DNA of 64,000 nucleotides from positions 497,742 to 561,741 of the forward strand of contig CAVUZH010000016.1 of the NCBI GenBank assembly GCA_963745835.1, written 5' to 3'. The position numbers were made by a program, and so were the translations under genes. The DNA comes from an uncultured delta proteobacterium. Lineage in GTDB: Bacteria > Desulfobacterota > Binatia > UBA9968. The notes beneath the pieces are model-generated. The model saw nothing but the letters and a program-made list of their open reading frames with translations. It did no database searches and was not told the DNA's origin. Below are positions 20,655 to 30,260 of the stretch, piece by piece; positions within the stretch are counted from its first letter, which is position 1, and each line of letters begins with the position of its first letter.

Positions 20655-21623
20655 TCAGCGAATCTTTAATTCCGCTTGTGCTTTTTTTGCAAAGCTCCAG
20701 TCGACGACGTCGGACAAACCCAAATCATCCTTGGACTTTCGCGTGTCGCGCACCAGTTGAATAACGTTCTTCATTGTCTCATCCGAGGCGACGCCGTTTC
20801 GAGTGTAGATCCCGACGATATCGCGGTAAATGCCCTCGCGCACGTCGGCCTCTTTGATACCCCATTTGCTTGCCATAATTGAAAGGATCTCGGCTTGGTT
20901 GTTTCGAATATAATTAACCCCTTTTAGCATGGCCTTGATCATCCTGACGATTTCATCGGGTTTTTCTTTCATTCTTTGGGTGTGAACGGTCAGGCCACCC
21001 AGCGGGATGCTCATAATCTCATTAAAAGAAAGAATCTCGTTGAATCCTCTTTTCGCGGCCAGCTTGTTGAAAGGCGGCACCAGCATCGCGGCGTCGATGG
21101 AACCGCTGTCCAATGCCGCATAACGGGAAGAACTGCCGCCGATCTGGAGAAACGTAACATCCTTTTCCGGATTCATGCCGTACTTCCGGAGAATCATGAC
21201 TGCTTCGCTGTGCGGAGTGCCGCCAAAACTGCTGATACCGAATTTTTTGCCCTTGAGATCTTCAACCCTTTTGATGTTCGGGCTCGTCACCAGGTAATGG
21301 TCCGAGCCATCCATCACCGCCATCACGATGCGCACGGGAAGGCCCGAAAGAGCCGCTCCAACGAAATTCGAGAAGGTCCCGCCATAATCGACCTGGCGAG
21401 CGACAACGCCATTGACCACGACTTGGTTCTGCATCACAACCGAAACCGCGTTCAGGCCTTCGCTTTTGAAGAATCCTTTCTCTTCCGCAATTACGAACGG
21501 TAGGCCAGTGCTGCCGGTCTTGGTCGTGATCCCGAGACTGATACGATCCTGCGCTCTTGTTTCCTGCGCGGCCGCGAGCAGCAAGGTTAATGCAAGAAAG
21601 ATCGCAAATCGACTTCTGTTCAT
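20655..21623 (-). CDS. ABC substrate-binding protein (NMT1/SsuA-like)
   Basis: Signal peptide; IAEEKGFFKSEGL, DLKGKKFGISSFG, GMNPEKDV, AAMLVPP. Confidence 0.88.
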   Translation of the reverse strand: MNRSRFAIFLALTLLLAAAQETRAQDRISLGITTKTGSTGLPFVIAEEKGFFKSEGLNAVSVVMQNQVVVNGVVARQVDYGGTFSNFVGAALSGLPVRIVMAVMDGSDHYLVTSPNIKRVEDLKGKKFGISSFGGTPHSEAVMILRKYGMNPEKDVTFLQIGGSSSRYAALDSGSIDAAMLVPPFNKLAAKRGFNEILSFNEIMSIPLGGLTVHTQRMKEKPDEIVRMIKAMLKGVNYIRNNQAEILSIMASKWGIKEADVREGIYRDIVGIYTRNGVASDETMKNVIQLVRDTRKSKDDLGLSDVVDWSFAKKAQAELKIR

Positions 21624-22090
21624 TGCCACCTCCGAAAGGATCTCGAGGTTATCTCTTCGGCGCAGCCACCCGCCTGCGGTTACGCCTGCCGTTCATCGTT
21701 GCGGTTCACGCTTAAATGAGCGCTGGCATCCTGTCAAGACCGGCCGCCAGCAGGACTGCCGTAAGTTTAACGAGCTTTGCGAGAACCCTTACGCGGAGCT
21801 TTTAGGACTTTACAGTCGGAATCTCTCGCTGGTGTGCCTCTGTCGTTTCTCACGAGCCAATGGCAACCAGCGCTGTTGATAGAGGCCTGTGAATGAACCG
21901 AATAACTGCACTTAGAGAGCAATGTCTTGTCCTCCTTACTGGTGTAAGTAGCATAATCACAACAGATGCGGCGGCTGATGGACCGGAGGCGTCGGCGTGG
22001 GCGATTATATGTCCTGTATGTCTTCTCATATCCGCGTCGCATTCCTTCCACACGCAAATATCTGATCAAAAGTGTTGCAGGAGGGTAGTC

Positions 22091-22124
22091 TTGACAGTCA
22101 TTTCATTTCGTTTATTCTAGAAAT
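22091..22124 (+). promoter_or_regulatory. ars promoter with an overlapping ArsR-type palindromic operator
   Basis: TTGACA (22091)-16 bp-TATTCT (22113). The palindrome ATTTC-N10-GAAAT (22105-22124) abuts the ATG. Confidence 0.65.
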
Positions 22125-22511
22125 ATGGAAATAAGGGAAGCGGTGCCAGCACTGGCCGCACTCGCGCAGGAAACGCGGCTGGGAATTTTTCGTCTGCTCA
22201 TCGAGGCAGGGCCCGAGGGCCTTTCGGTTGGACGGATCGGCGAGAAGCTTAAAGTGCCAGGAGCGACGCTCTCGTTTCATCTCAAGGAGTTGGCGCGCGC
22301 CGGCCTCATCACCGCGCGTCACGAAAAACAGTTCTTTTATTACGCTGTCGATTTTGTGCGCATGGCGGCGCTGATGACTTTTCTCACACAGAACTGCTGC
22401 CAGGGAATGCCGGAGGATTGTTTAAGTGGCGTCGAGAGTGCCCTCAGCCGATGCTGCGCGCCATCTTCAACCAGAACAAAGAAACCCAAAAGAAAAAGGA
22501 GTTGTTCATGA
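22125..22511 (+). CDS. arsR: ArsR/SmtB family repressor
   Basis: ALAQETRLGIFRLL, TLSFHLKEL, C-terminal NCCQG vicinal Cys site. Confidence 0.92.
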   Translation: MEIREAVPALAALAQETRLGIFRLLIEAGPEGLSVGRIGEKLKVPGATLSFHLKELARAGLITARHEKQFFYYAVDFVRMAALMTFLTQNCCQGMPEDCLSGVESALSRCCAPSSTRTKKPKRKRSCS

Positions 22512-22966
22512 AAAGATTTCACGTGCATGTCTCGGTCGACAATCTTGCGGCCAGCGTTCGATTTTATTCGACTGTTTTTGGAACGTCGCCGACGGTTCTT
22601 AAAGACGATTACGCCAAATGGATGGTCGACGACCCGCGCGTCAACTTCGCGATATCGCGGCGCGGAACAAAATCCGGGCTGGATCATCTCGGCTTGCAAG
22701 TCGAGTCGGACGCAGAGCTGACTGAACTCCGTGAGCAAGTGGCGGCAGCGGAGCTAGCCGCGCTCGACCAGCCCAACGCAGAGTGCTGCTATGTGCGTTC
22801 CGACAAATACTGGACCACCGATCCGCAGGGCATTGCATGGGAAACTTTCCACACACTCGAATCAATCCCGGTGTATAGCGAGAGCGACCCGGTGGCGCCG
22901 AAAGCATGCTGCGCGCCCGCGTCGAAGGATTCAAACCTCGCCAAGGCCGAAACCTGTTGCGGGTAA
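22508..22966 (+). CDS. arsI: ArsI/CadI family VOC metalloenzyme (organoarsenical C-As lyase-like)
   Basis: MKRFHVHVSV, DYAKW..DDPRVNFAIS, DHLG, ECCY..SDKYW..DPQGIAWETF. Confidence 0.85.
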   Translation: MKRFHVHVSVDNLAASVRFYSTVFGTSPTVLKDDYAKWMVDDPRVNFAISRRGTKSGLDHLGLQVESDAELTELREQVAAAELAALDQPNAECCYVRSDKYWTTDPQGIAWETFHTLESIPVYSESDPVAPKACCAPASKDSNLAKAETCCG

Positions 22967-22975
22967 GGAGGGTTT

Positions 22976-23473
22976 ATGGCGGACGAACTGTTTAACGTTC
23001 TGTTCTTATGCTCGGGCAATTCATCGCGGAGCATCATGGCAGAAGGAATCCTCAACAGCATCGGAAGGGGAAAGTTCCACGCGTTCAGCGCGGGAAGTCA
23101 TCCGACCGGGCGCATTAATCCATTTGCGTTGGAACTGCTGGAAAAGAACCGCATTCCTACCCAGGGCTTCCATAGCAAGGACTGGGGCCAGTTTTCACAA
23201 CCAGGTGCCCCACCGATGCACTTTGTATTCACCGTTTGCGATCAAACGGCTGGTGAAACCTGTCCTGTGTGGCCAGGGCAGCCGATGACTGCGCATTGGG
23301 GTATTTCCGATCCAGCCGCGGTCGACGGAACAGAGGACGAGAGGCGGAAAGCGTTCCTCAAAGCCTACACGGAACTTTATAAACGTATATCGCTGTTTAC
23401 TTGTTTGCCATTCAAAACTTTGAGTAATCTCGCTCTCAAGCAAAAACTCGATGAAATTGGCCGTACCCAATGA
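22976..23473 (+). CDS. arsC: Arsenate reductase, LMW-PTP fold
   Basis: NVLFLCSGNSSRSIMAE, SAGSHP, FVFTVCD, CPVWPGQP, HWGISDPAA. Confidence 0.92.
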   Translation: MADELFNVLFLCSGNSSRSIMAEGILNSIGRGKFHAFSAGSHPTGRINPFALELLEKNRIPTQGFHSKDWGQFSQPGAPPMHFVFTVCDQTAGETCPVWPGQPMTAHWGISDPAAVDGTEDERRKAFLKAYTELYKRISLFTCLPFKTLSNLALKQKLDEIGRTQ

Positions 23474-24144
23474 CGCTCGGCAGAAAGGCCGCCGCCGAGG
23501 CGATCGGGACGGCGTTGCTGCTAGCCATCGTTGTGGGGTCGGGCATTATGGGTGAGCGCCTGGCTCAAGGGAATCTGGCCGTGGCTCTTTTGGCCAATTC
23601 TATTGCCACCGGGGCGGGACTCTATGGGCTGATCGTTATCTTCGCACCTATATCCGGTGCTCACTTCAATCCAGTGGTCTCTGCTGTGAGCGCGTGGAGA
23701 GGACAACTATACGCGTCCGATTGCGGTGTCTATGTAATGGCACAAGTGTCTGGAGCTTTCGCCGGAGTCGGCGCAGCGCACGCAATGTTCGGATTACCGA
23801 TTTTACAGATTTCCGCCCATGCCCGGCCCACGCTCGGAGAGGGCTTGGGTGAAATCGTCGCGACCTTCGGCTTGATTCTGGTGATTTCGCTTGCAGGAAA
23901 ATTCCGCGCCGAAGCGATTCCCATCGCAGTCGCCGCCTTCATTACCAGCGCATACTGGTTTACCTCTTCTACTTCCTTTGCCAATCCTGCTGTCACGTTC
24001 GCGCGGGCTATGACGGATACTTTCTCCGGAATATCTCCGCAAAGTGTGCCGCTGTTCGTCTGCGGCCAGCTGGTTGGTGGAGCGATCGCAATGATATTTG
24101 CGAGCTGGCTGCTCAGACGGGAGAAAGCAGCACCGGCCGGCTAG
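23470..24144 (+). CDS. MIP/aquaporin family arsenite channel (AqpS-like)
   Basis: SGAHFNPV and FTSSTSFANPAVT motifs; located in the ars operon. Confidence 0.88.
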   Translation: MTLGRKAAAEAIGTALLLAIVVGSGIMGERLAQGNLAVALLANSIATGAGLYGLIVIFAPISGAHFNPVVSAVSAWRGQLYASDCGVYVMAQVSGAFAGVGAAHAMFGLPILQISAHARPTLGEGLGEIVATFGLILVISLAGKFRAEAIPIAVAAFITSAYWFTSSTSFANPAVTFARAMTDTFSGISPQSVPLFVCGQLVGGAIAMIFASWLLRREKAAPAG

Positions 24145-24177
24145 TCACCGGCATCTTCTCCCATAACACCTTCCCAC

Positions 24178-27020
24178 TACGTCGACGGCGCGTTGGTTCA
24201 TGCTCTGCGCGTGCCTTTCGGCTATTGGGAAGCCAAGGACGAGAAGGACGATCTCGACGACGAGATCGAGATCAAGAAACGCCGCGGCTATCCGCAAGAC
24301 AACATCATCTTCGAGGATTCAAACCGAGCGGTTTTAGTACAGGAGAAGCGAGGAGGTTTACCGCTGCCCGGTCGATGACGTCAGAGCGCCTGGAAAAACT
24401 ACTCGACCTCTTCTTTGACTAAGAGCGGACGGAGATCGCCGAGTTTCGCAAGGCCGTCGAGCAGTTCAAAACCGACCTGCCGATGGTGCTTGAAGCTCTA
24501 CGCTCGATGATCGAGCCGCCCACAAACGCGAACCGCGATTTCAGGAAAGCCGCCGAGGAATTTCTCAAGCACGCCCAGGAGGCGATCAATCCTAGCCTAA
24601 CCGAAGCCGACGTGCGCGAGATGCTGATCCAGCATATCTTAACCGAGGATGTTTTCGCCGCCGTGTTTCCCGGTACGCCGACTTTCATCAGGACAACAAC
24701 GTCGCCGCGAGCTTTACAAACTGGAAGCGACTTTCTTCAAGGGCGATACAAAGTACCAGACGCTAAAGGCGCATGGCGCCATACTACGCGGCGGTCCGTT
24801 CCGCCGCCGCGCAGATCGCCACGCATCACGAGAAGCAGACGTTTCTAAAAGTCATCTACGAAAACTTCTACAAGGTATACAGTGCCAAAGCGCGGCAAGC
24901 GGATCAGCCCACCACAAGCCGAACAGAAAGTTCGCTCCATGATGAGAGGCCGACTACTTTGGAAAAGCACGGGTGAATCCTGAAGGTCACAGACGTAGAG
25001 TTTCTGGACCCAGCCGCCGGCACCGGAACATTCGTGTGCGAAATGCTCGAACACTTCCGCGGCCAGCCTGCGAAGCTAAAGCACAAGTATTTAGGAAGAA
25101 CTCCACGCCAACGAAGTTGCGATCCTGCCCTATTACGTCGCTAACCTGAACATCGAAGCGACGTACGCGGCGATCACGGGCGAGTATCTGGAATACCCCA
25201 ATTTTTGCTTCGGCTCGTAACGCACGACAACACCTACGCGCTGCGCAAATACCGCGGCCACATGGACGACCTCTTCGGTTCCCTCAGCGATGACAACGTC
25301 CGGCGCATTCGCCGCCAGAACAGCCGCAAGATCAGCGTGATCATCGGCAACCCGCCTTACAATGCGTGGCAAGAAAACTTTAACTTTCGCAATCCGAATC
25401 GCCCATACAAAGAGATCGACAAGCGCATCAAGGAAACTTATGTCGAAAGTGGAACTGCTCAAAATCAGATCGCACTTTACGACATGTATGTGCGATTCTT
25501 TCGGTGGGCGAGCGATCGCCTAGGTGAGAATGGTATCGTCGCCTTCGTCACCAATCGAAGTTTCTTGGATAGCCATACCTTCGATGGGTTTCGAAAGATT
25601 ATCGCAGGCAATTTTGCTGAAACACGGGTTATCGATCTTGGCGGTGACATCCGGGAAAATCCAAAACTTTCCGGAACTAAGCATAATTTTTTCGGCATAC
25701 AGACCGGTGTGTCATTAGTTTCTTCAGAAAGCGTGCAAAGTCAAACTGTCATATCACCACGGCGCTGGCGACGAATCGAGGGAGATGAGAAACTCGCGGT
25801 GGTTTCTTGAAGGTTACTGGAAAATAACTCGAGTAGAGTTGATACCGACTGAAGAAGCAACTGGATCGAGCAAGGCGATAGCGAGTTTGATAGTTTGCTG
25901 CCATTCGTTTGATCAAGATTCAAAGGAATTCAGAAATCAGACCGATCCAAAACTGATCTTTTGGATGTTTTCTTCCGGCTCTTACCAGTCAACGCGATGA
26001 ATGGGTTTATGGCCTTTCTCAGCCAAACACTGGAAAGTAAGATGCGCTTCTTTGTGGATGCTTATGAGACCGCCAGGACGCGGATCCGGTTCCGAACGGG
26101 CACCACAGAATCAAGTGGGATCCTGATTTGGAGCGTCATCGTAGATCGAGGAATTAAGAAGATGTAACACCGCTAGTACGAAGAATCGTAATTCACGACA
26201 AGATTGTGGCGCCTTTTTCTTTCGATCGCCGTTTTATTGGCAGGCAATACCAAATGCCCGCTCTTTTTCTTGACGGCGCTGCGGAAAATACTGTGATGGT
26301 TTTGAGTGATAGAGGCGCTAGATCAGGATTTAACGTCCTAGCGACTCGCTACATTCCTGAAGCACATCTATGTGCGAGTACAGATAGATTTCAGGTAGTA
26401 TCTAAGTTGATCTATGAGGGTACGCCCCCGCAACCACGAAGAAAACATCAGCGACTGGGCATACAACAAGTTCTCGCACACAGTATCAGATCGCGAAGAG
26501 GAAAGGGGCGCGCTCACTAAAGCGCTCTCTTCATACTTTAATCCTGCCATTCTGTCTACGCAAAAAAGCGCTCATATCAATATCGGAATTTCCGCGTATT
26601 CCGTTTTACAAAGACTTCTGGCAGTGGGCGGAGTGGGGCAAGGAGTTAATGGAATTGCACATCGGCTACGAATCGGTGACGCCAGCTAAGCTGAAGCGGA
26701 TCGACATGCAAGACGAGAAGGCACTCAAAGCCGGACTCCCGCAATGCAAGTAAAGCCAAAGAAGGCTGTCGGATCATCGTCGACAGCGAAACGACCTAAC
26801 CGGTATCCGGCCGAAGCCGGGAATACAGAGGCAACCACTTCCCGCTCCAATATTCTCACAGACAAAGAAAAGAAACCAAAGCCCCAACCGCCGCGAGAAG
26901 TTTAACAGGTACCGATTCGCCGATTACAAGGAAAAGGTAATCGATTTACTGAGGCGGGTGACGACGGTGAGTGTGCGGACGGTTGCAGTGGTTGAAGCGA
27001 TGAGAAAAGCCGCTCGGTAA
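24178..27020 (+). pseudogene. Decayed type ISP/IIG restriction-modification enzyme (N6-adenine methyltransferase + C-terminal TRD), N-terminus missing
   Basis: Fragments YVDGALVHALRVPFGYWEAKD, EMLIQHILTE, EKQTFLKVIYENFYK, FLDPAAGTGTF (motif I), IIGNPPY (motif IV), YDMYVRFFRWASDR and ...DYKEKVIDLLRRVTTVSV...AAR* lie in many frames with in-frame stops. Confidence 0.85.
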
Positions 27021-27097
27021 AAGAACCCACACCAAACTATCGGAGCCATTTGCGGCCACGGCCTGGCGAGACTTTTTAAGCATAGATTCCCAACACG

Positions 27098-27760
27098 ATG
27101 GATTCTGCTCAACTCGTTCTCCTGTCATTTGCAATCGCGCTCGTTGCCTTTCTTTACTCCTCGGTAGGCCACGCGGGCGCATCGGGTTATATTGCCACGA
27201 TGACGCTGGTTCGTTTAGCAGTCCTGTTAATGAAGCCAGCATTAGATCAATCAATTCTGCAGAACTTATAGTCTGGTTACGGGACGGGCTGGAGTATGTC
27301 GGCGTTGGCGGCCTCCATATTTGCTGCTAAGTCTTCTACGATCTGCGCGCGCATCTAACTTTGGGAGGGCTTTTGCCTTCGTCCATCATTTTCATCACGT
27401 ACACGCGTGAGGTCACACCGCCGGCATTGCCGACGCCCTGAGCGTCGGAGCGGGGATTGGGTTGCTATCGGGCCTGACCGGCACTGGCGGCGGCATTTTT
27501 CTAACTCCTTTGTTGCTGTTCTGCCGCTGGGCACATACACGCCCCGCTGCTGCCATTTCCGCGCTGTTCATTCTCGCTAATTCGATTGCGGGTCTAGTCG
27601 GCTATGCTTCCAGTGGTCAGCCGATTCCGCCGTTTGCGTGGACATTGGCGGTCTCGGCAGTTGCAGATGCCTCAAGCAAGGTCTCATTCGATGAAGCACC
27701 GGTTTCATCGGCATCGTATCCGTGCTGCTCGCCATATTGTCCATTGAAATATCAAGACTG
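27098..27760 (+). pseudogene. TauE/SafE (TSUP) sulfite-exporter family, degraded
   Basis: MDSAQLV...FLYSSVGHAGASGYIA, and later LSGLTGTGGGIFLTPLLL...SALFILANSIAGL. The middle is scrambled; the end is approximate. Confidence 0.75.
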
Positions 27761-27915
27761 ATTGCTGAGTATGGCCCTCGGAGCCGCCGCCGCAATAACA
27801 GGTTAGAAGATTATACTTGAGGGTATCGCGATTGACGATTGCGAGAAAGACCCCAAAAATTCACAGAAATGAGTAGGCGACGCACTGAGTTGGGCTAACA
27901 GCCCACGGCATTGCG

Positions 27916-28509
27916 TCATGGTTGCCCAGCTGCCAACGATCGCTCGCGACGGGCCGCAATATACACCTCTCGCGCCGCGTCCAGGTTCATGAGGAAAATC
28001 CCCAGTCCGACAAGAAGGTCGGGCCAGGCCGATAGGCTAACTATCGTTACTAGGCCGGCTCCAATGATGCCGATATTCGCGAGCGCATCGTTGCGAGCGG
28101 AAAGAAATGCAGCTCTCGTCAAGCTGCCGCTGTGGGTACGAAAACGAGCGAGAAGGCCGGCGCAGAACAGGTTTACCGATACGCTTCCAGCGAACCTCGG
28201 GTCGGAGCCGTTGGAAGCGGCGCAAAATACTTTCCGAAGCTAACTTGTAGCTAAACCCGGAGCGAGCAAAATAGCCGCGAGCGCCATACCGACCAATGAA
28301 CGTCGATGAGGATTCCAGTTCAGAGCGATGAGAATGAGACCGTTGACCGCCGCATCCTCGAGGAAGTCTATGGAGTCGGCGAAGAGTGAGACGGAGCCAA
28401 TCGCCAGAGCCACCCCGATACTCACGCCGCTTCAAATAGCCTTGGTTCAGCGTAATTGCCATGATACCCGCAGGCTAACAGCGTCGTGAGACAATAGCGG
28501 TATTTTCAT
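27916..28509 (-). pseudogene. Short CDF (CzcD-like) cation transporter, frameshifted or partly deleted
   Basis: GSVSLFADSIDFLEDAAVN and TRAAFLSARNDALANI...WPDLLVGLGI lie in separate frames. Confidence 0.75.
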
Positions 28510-28561
28510 TCAACACTCTCCATTAATACTTTCAGTTGGCTTGCGAAGGCCGGGGTTTTAG

Positions 28562-28897
28562 TTATCTTGGCCAATACATCATGATGCCGACGCCGAGTAA
28601 GCTCACCGTGCCGCCGATCAAATCCAAGTGGTCGGGCTTATTTCCATCCAAGACCCAACCCCACAGGAGAGACAACACAATGAAAAAGCCACCGTATGCG
28701 GCATAAACGCGGCCGAAGTGGGCTGCTTGGAAAGTCGGAACTACACCGTAAAGAACCAAGAGCACTGCCCCAAATAAACCCCAGCTCCAAGGCCGAGACT
28801 CTTTCAGCCACTGCCAGACCATCCATCCTCCCGCAATCTCGCATAAGCCAGCCAAGATGAATAAGCCCAGGGAAAAACCTATCGCAGATGCCAACAT
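28562..28897 (-). CDS. ynfA: YnfA/UPF0060 SMR-like membrane protein
   Basis: AGLCEIAGGW, FGRVYAAYGGFF, PDHLD..G, MYWPR. Confidence 0.92.
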   Translation of the reverse strand: MLASAIGFSLGLFILAGLCEIAGGWMVWQWLKESRPWSWGLFGAVLLVLYGVVPTFQAAHFGRVYAAYGGFFIVLSLLWGWVLDGNKPDHLDLIGGTVSLLGVGIMMYWPR

Positions 28898-28929
28898 TTG
28901 ACCCCTCCGTGAGTTGCAATGCGAGCGGA

Positions 28930-29175
28930 TCAAGTACGTTCCCGTCGGGCAGTTAGTTCCTCAAGCCGCTTGCGATCGAAGCCAATGACAACCTCGCGGT
29001 CGATGACAATCACCGGCGTCGTCATGGTACCTAGCCGTTCAAGCTCATCAACTGCCGCCGGATCTTTTGTTATGTCCTTCTCTTCGAAAGCAACACCCCG
29101 TTGCGAAAGGAACTCCTTCGCCCTGTTACAGAAGAGTCAGCCCGGCTGGCTATAGACCATCACTCTTTTAGCCAT
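28930..29175 (-). CDS. Glutaredoxin/NrdH-like redoxin, probable selenoprotein (UxxC), 81 aa
   Basis: Manual translation: MAKRVMVYSQPG-(TGA)-LFCNRAKEFLSQRGVAFEEKDITKDPAAVDELERLGTMTTPVIVIDREVVIGFDRKRLEEL... The TGA (29139-29137) sits at the first Cys position of CxxC. GGAG RBS upstream. Confidence 0.85.
29103..29121 (-). promoter_or_regulatory. Candidate bacterial SECIS hairpin
   Basis: GCGAAGGAGUUCCUUUCGC stem-loop starts 15 nt after the in-frame UGA. Confidence 0.55.
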
Positions 29176-29284
29176 TGCAGTACTCCTTGCTAGAAGCGTC
29201 GATAGGTTAAGAAACCATTGTTAGTGAGTCTATTGATATACGGAAAAAGGTCATCTCACGACCAGATTAAGAACCTACGCCTGC

Positions 29285-29914
29285 TTACAGCGCGGCTGGT
29301 TCGGCCTCAATCAAATGAAATACTCCGAAGAAGTTTCGCCGCGCACTAACTACTTTCAAGCCCGCCTGTGCAGCGAGCTCAAGTGGTTCGCGGTTCCAGT
29401 GACAGCCAGCCGGCTTGGCAAATTTATCTGCATGCCGATCCTGCCAACGTCCAAGCCGTTCACGGTCGCTGCGGCCATGCTCCAGTAAAAGGATCTTCCC
29501 ATCCGTTCGACAAACGCGCGCCATTTCCCGAAAGGCATTCGCCGGATTCGGAAACGTGCAGGCGCTAAGCGAGGAAACAATGGTATCAAAGCAGTGATCG
29601 CGAAACGGCAGATATTCCGCGTCCGCTAGAGAGAAGGAAACATCCATGGATAATTTTGCGGCTCGTGTTCGGGCGACGTTTAACATCTCGCTGCTAATAT
29701 CCATGGCGGTAATTTGGCAACCACGAGGGTAGTCGGGAAAGTTCTTCCCGGTACCTACGGCAACTTCTAGCACTCTTCCCGACGCACGCTCCAGCAAGCT
29801 GCGGCGAAGGCTCCTCACTCCCAGCAGGTCTGGAATGCCTTCAACCCAGTCGTACCAACGAGCGAAATGATCGTATTTCTCAGATATCTCTCGTGATGCA
29901 AATTCTACAGCCAT
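29285..29914 (-). CDS. Class I SAM-dependent methyltransferase (PmtA/UbiE-like)
   Basis: VLEVAVGTG, DISSEML, DAEYLPF, LLLEHGRS, GCHWNR. Confidence 0.9.
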   Translation of the reverse strand: MAVEFASREISEKYDHFARWYDWVEGIPDLLGVRSLRRSLLERASGRVLEVAVGTGKNFPDYPRGCQITAMDISSEMLNVARTRAAKLSMDVSFSLADAEYLPFRDHCFDTIVSSLSACTFPNPANAFREMARVCRTDGKILLLEHGRSDRERLGRWQDRHADKFAKPAGCHWNREPLELAAQAGLKVVSARRNFFGVFHLIEAEPAAL

Positions 29915-29951
29915 CTAAGATGCTGCATGATTTTTAATGTTCGGGCGCCGG

Positions 29952-30188
29952 TTACTTCTTGTCGGTCATCATCCGCATCATGAGATACATGCCGAGCGGA
30001 CAAGCCAACAGCGCGACAATGCTGAGCCAACCGCTTCCCACAGCATCGTATGAACCAAAAGTGAAACCAAGAAAAGGGATAGCAGACAAGACAAGGAGCG
30101 GAGCGGCGCAGCATATGGCCATCATGAGCATCCCTTTGAGCGTCGTTTTCTTTTGCGCTGGAGCTGTGTCAGGCGCCTCAACTGTCAC
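29952..30188 (-). CDS. Small Cys/Met-rich membrane protein (DUF2933-like)
   Basis: MLMMAICCAAPLL...LLACPLGMYLMMRMM with two TM helices; start uncertain. Confidence 0.65.
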   Translation of the reverse strand: MTVEAPDTAPAQKKTTLKGMLMMAICCAAPLLVLSAIPFLGFTFGSYDAVGSGWLSIVALLACPLGMYLMMRMMTDKK

Positions 30189-30260
30189 CCTCTTATACAA
30201 ACCTATTCGGGCTGCTGGTCGCAGACGCTGCTACGTGAGATATATTTCAGGCGATATAAC

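Noticed and set aside
29285-29914. Arsenite methyltransferase ArsM
   Set aside because: It lacks the ArsM cysteine pattern and fits the PmtA/UbiE-like family.
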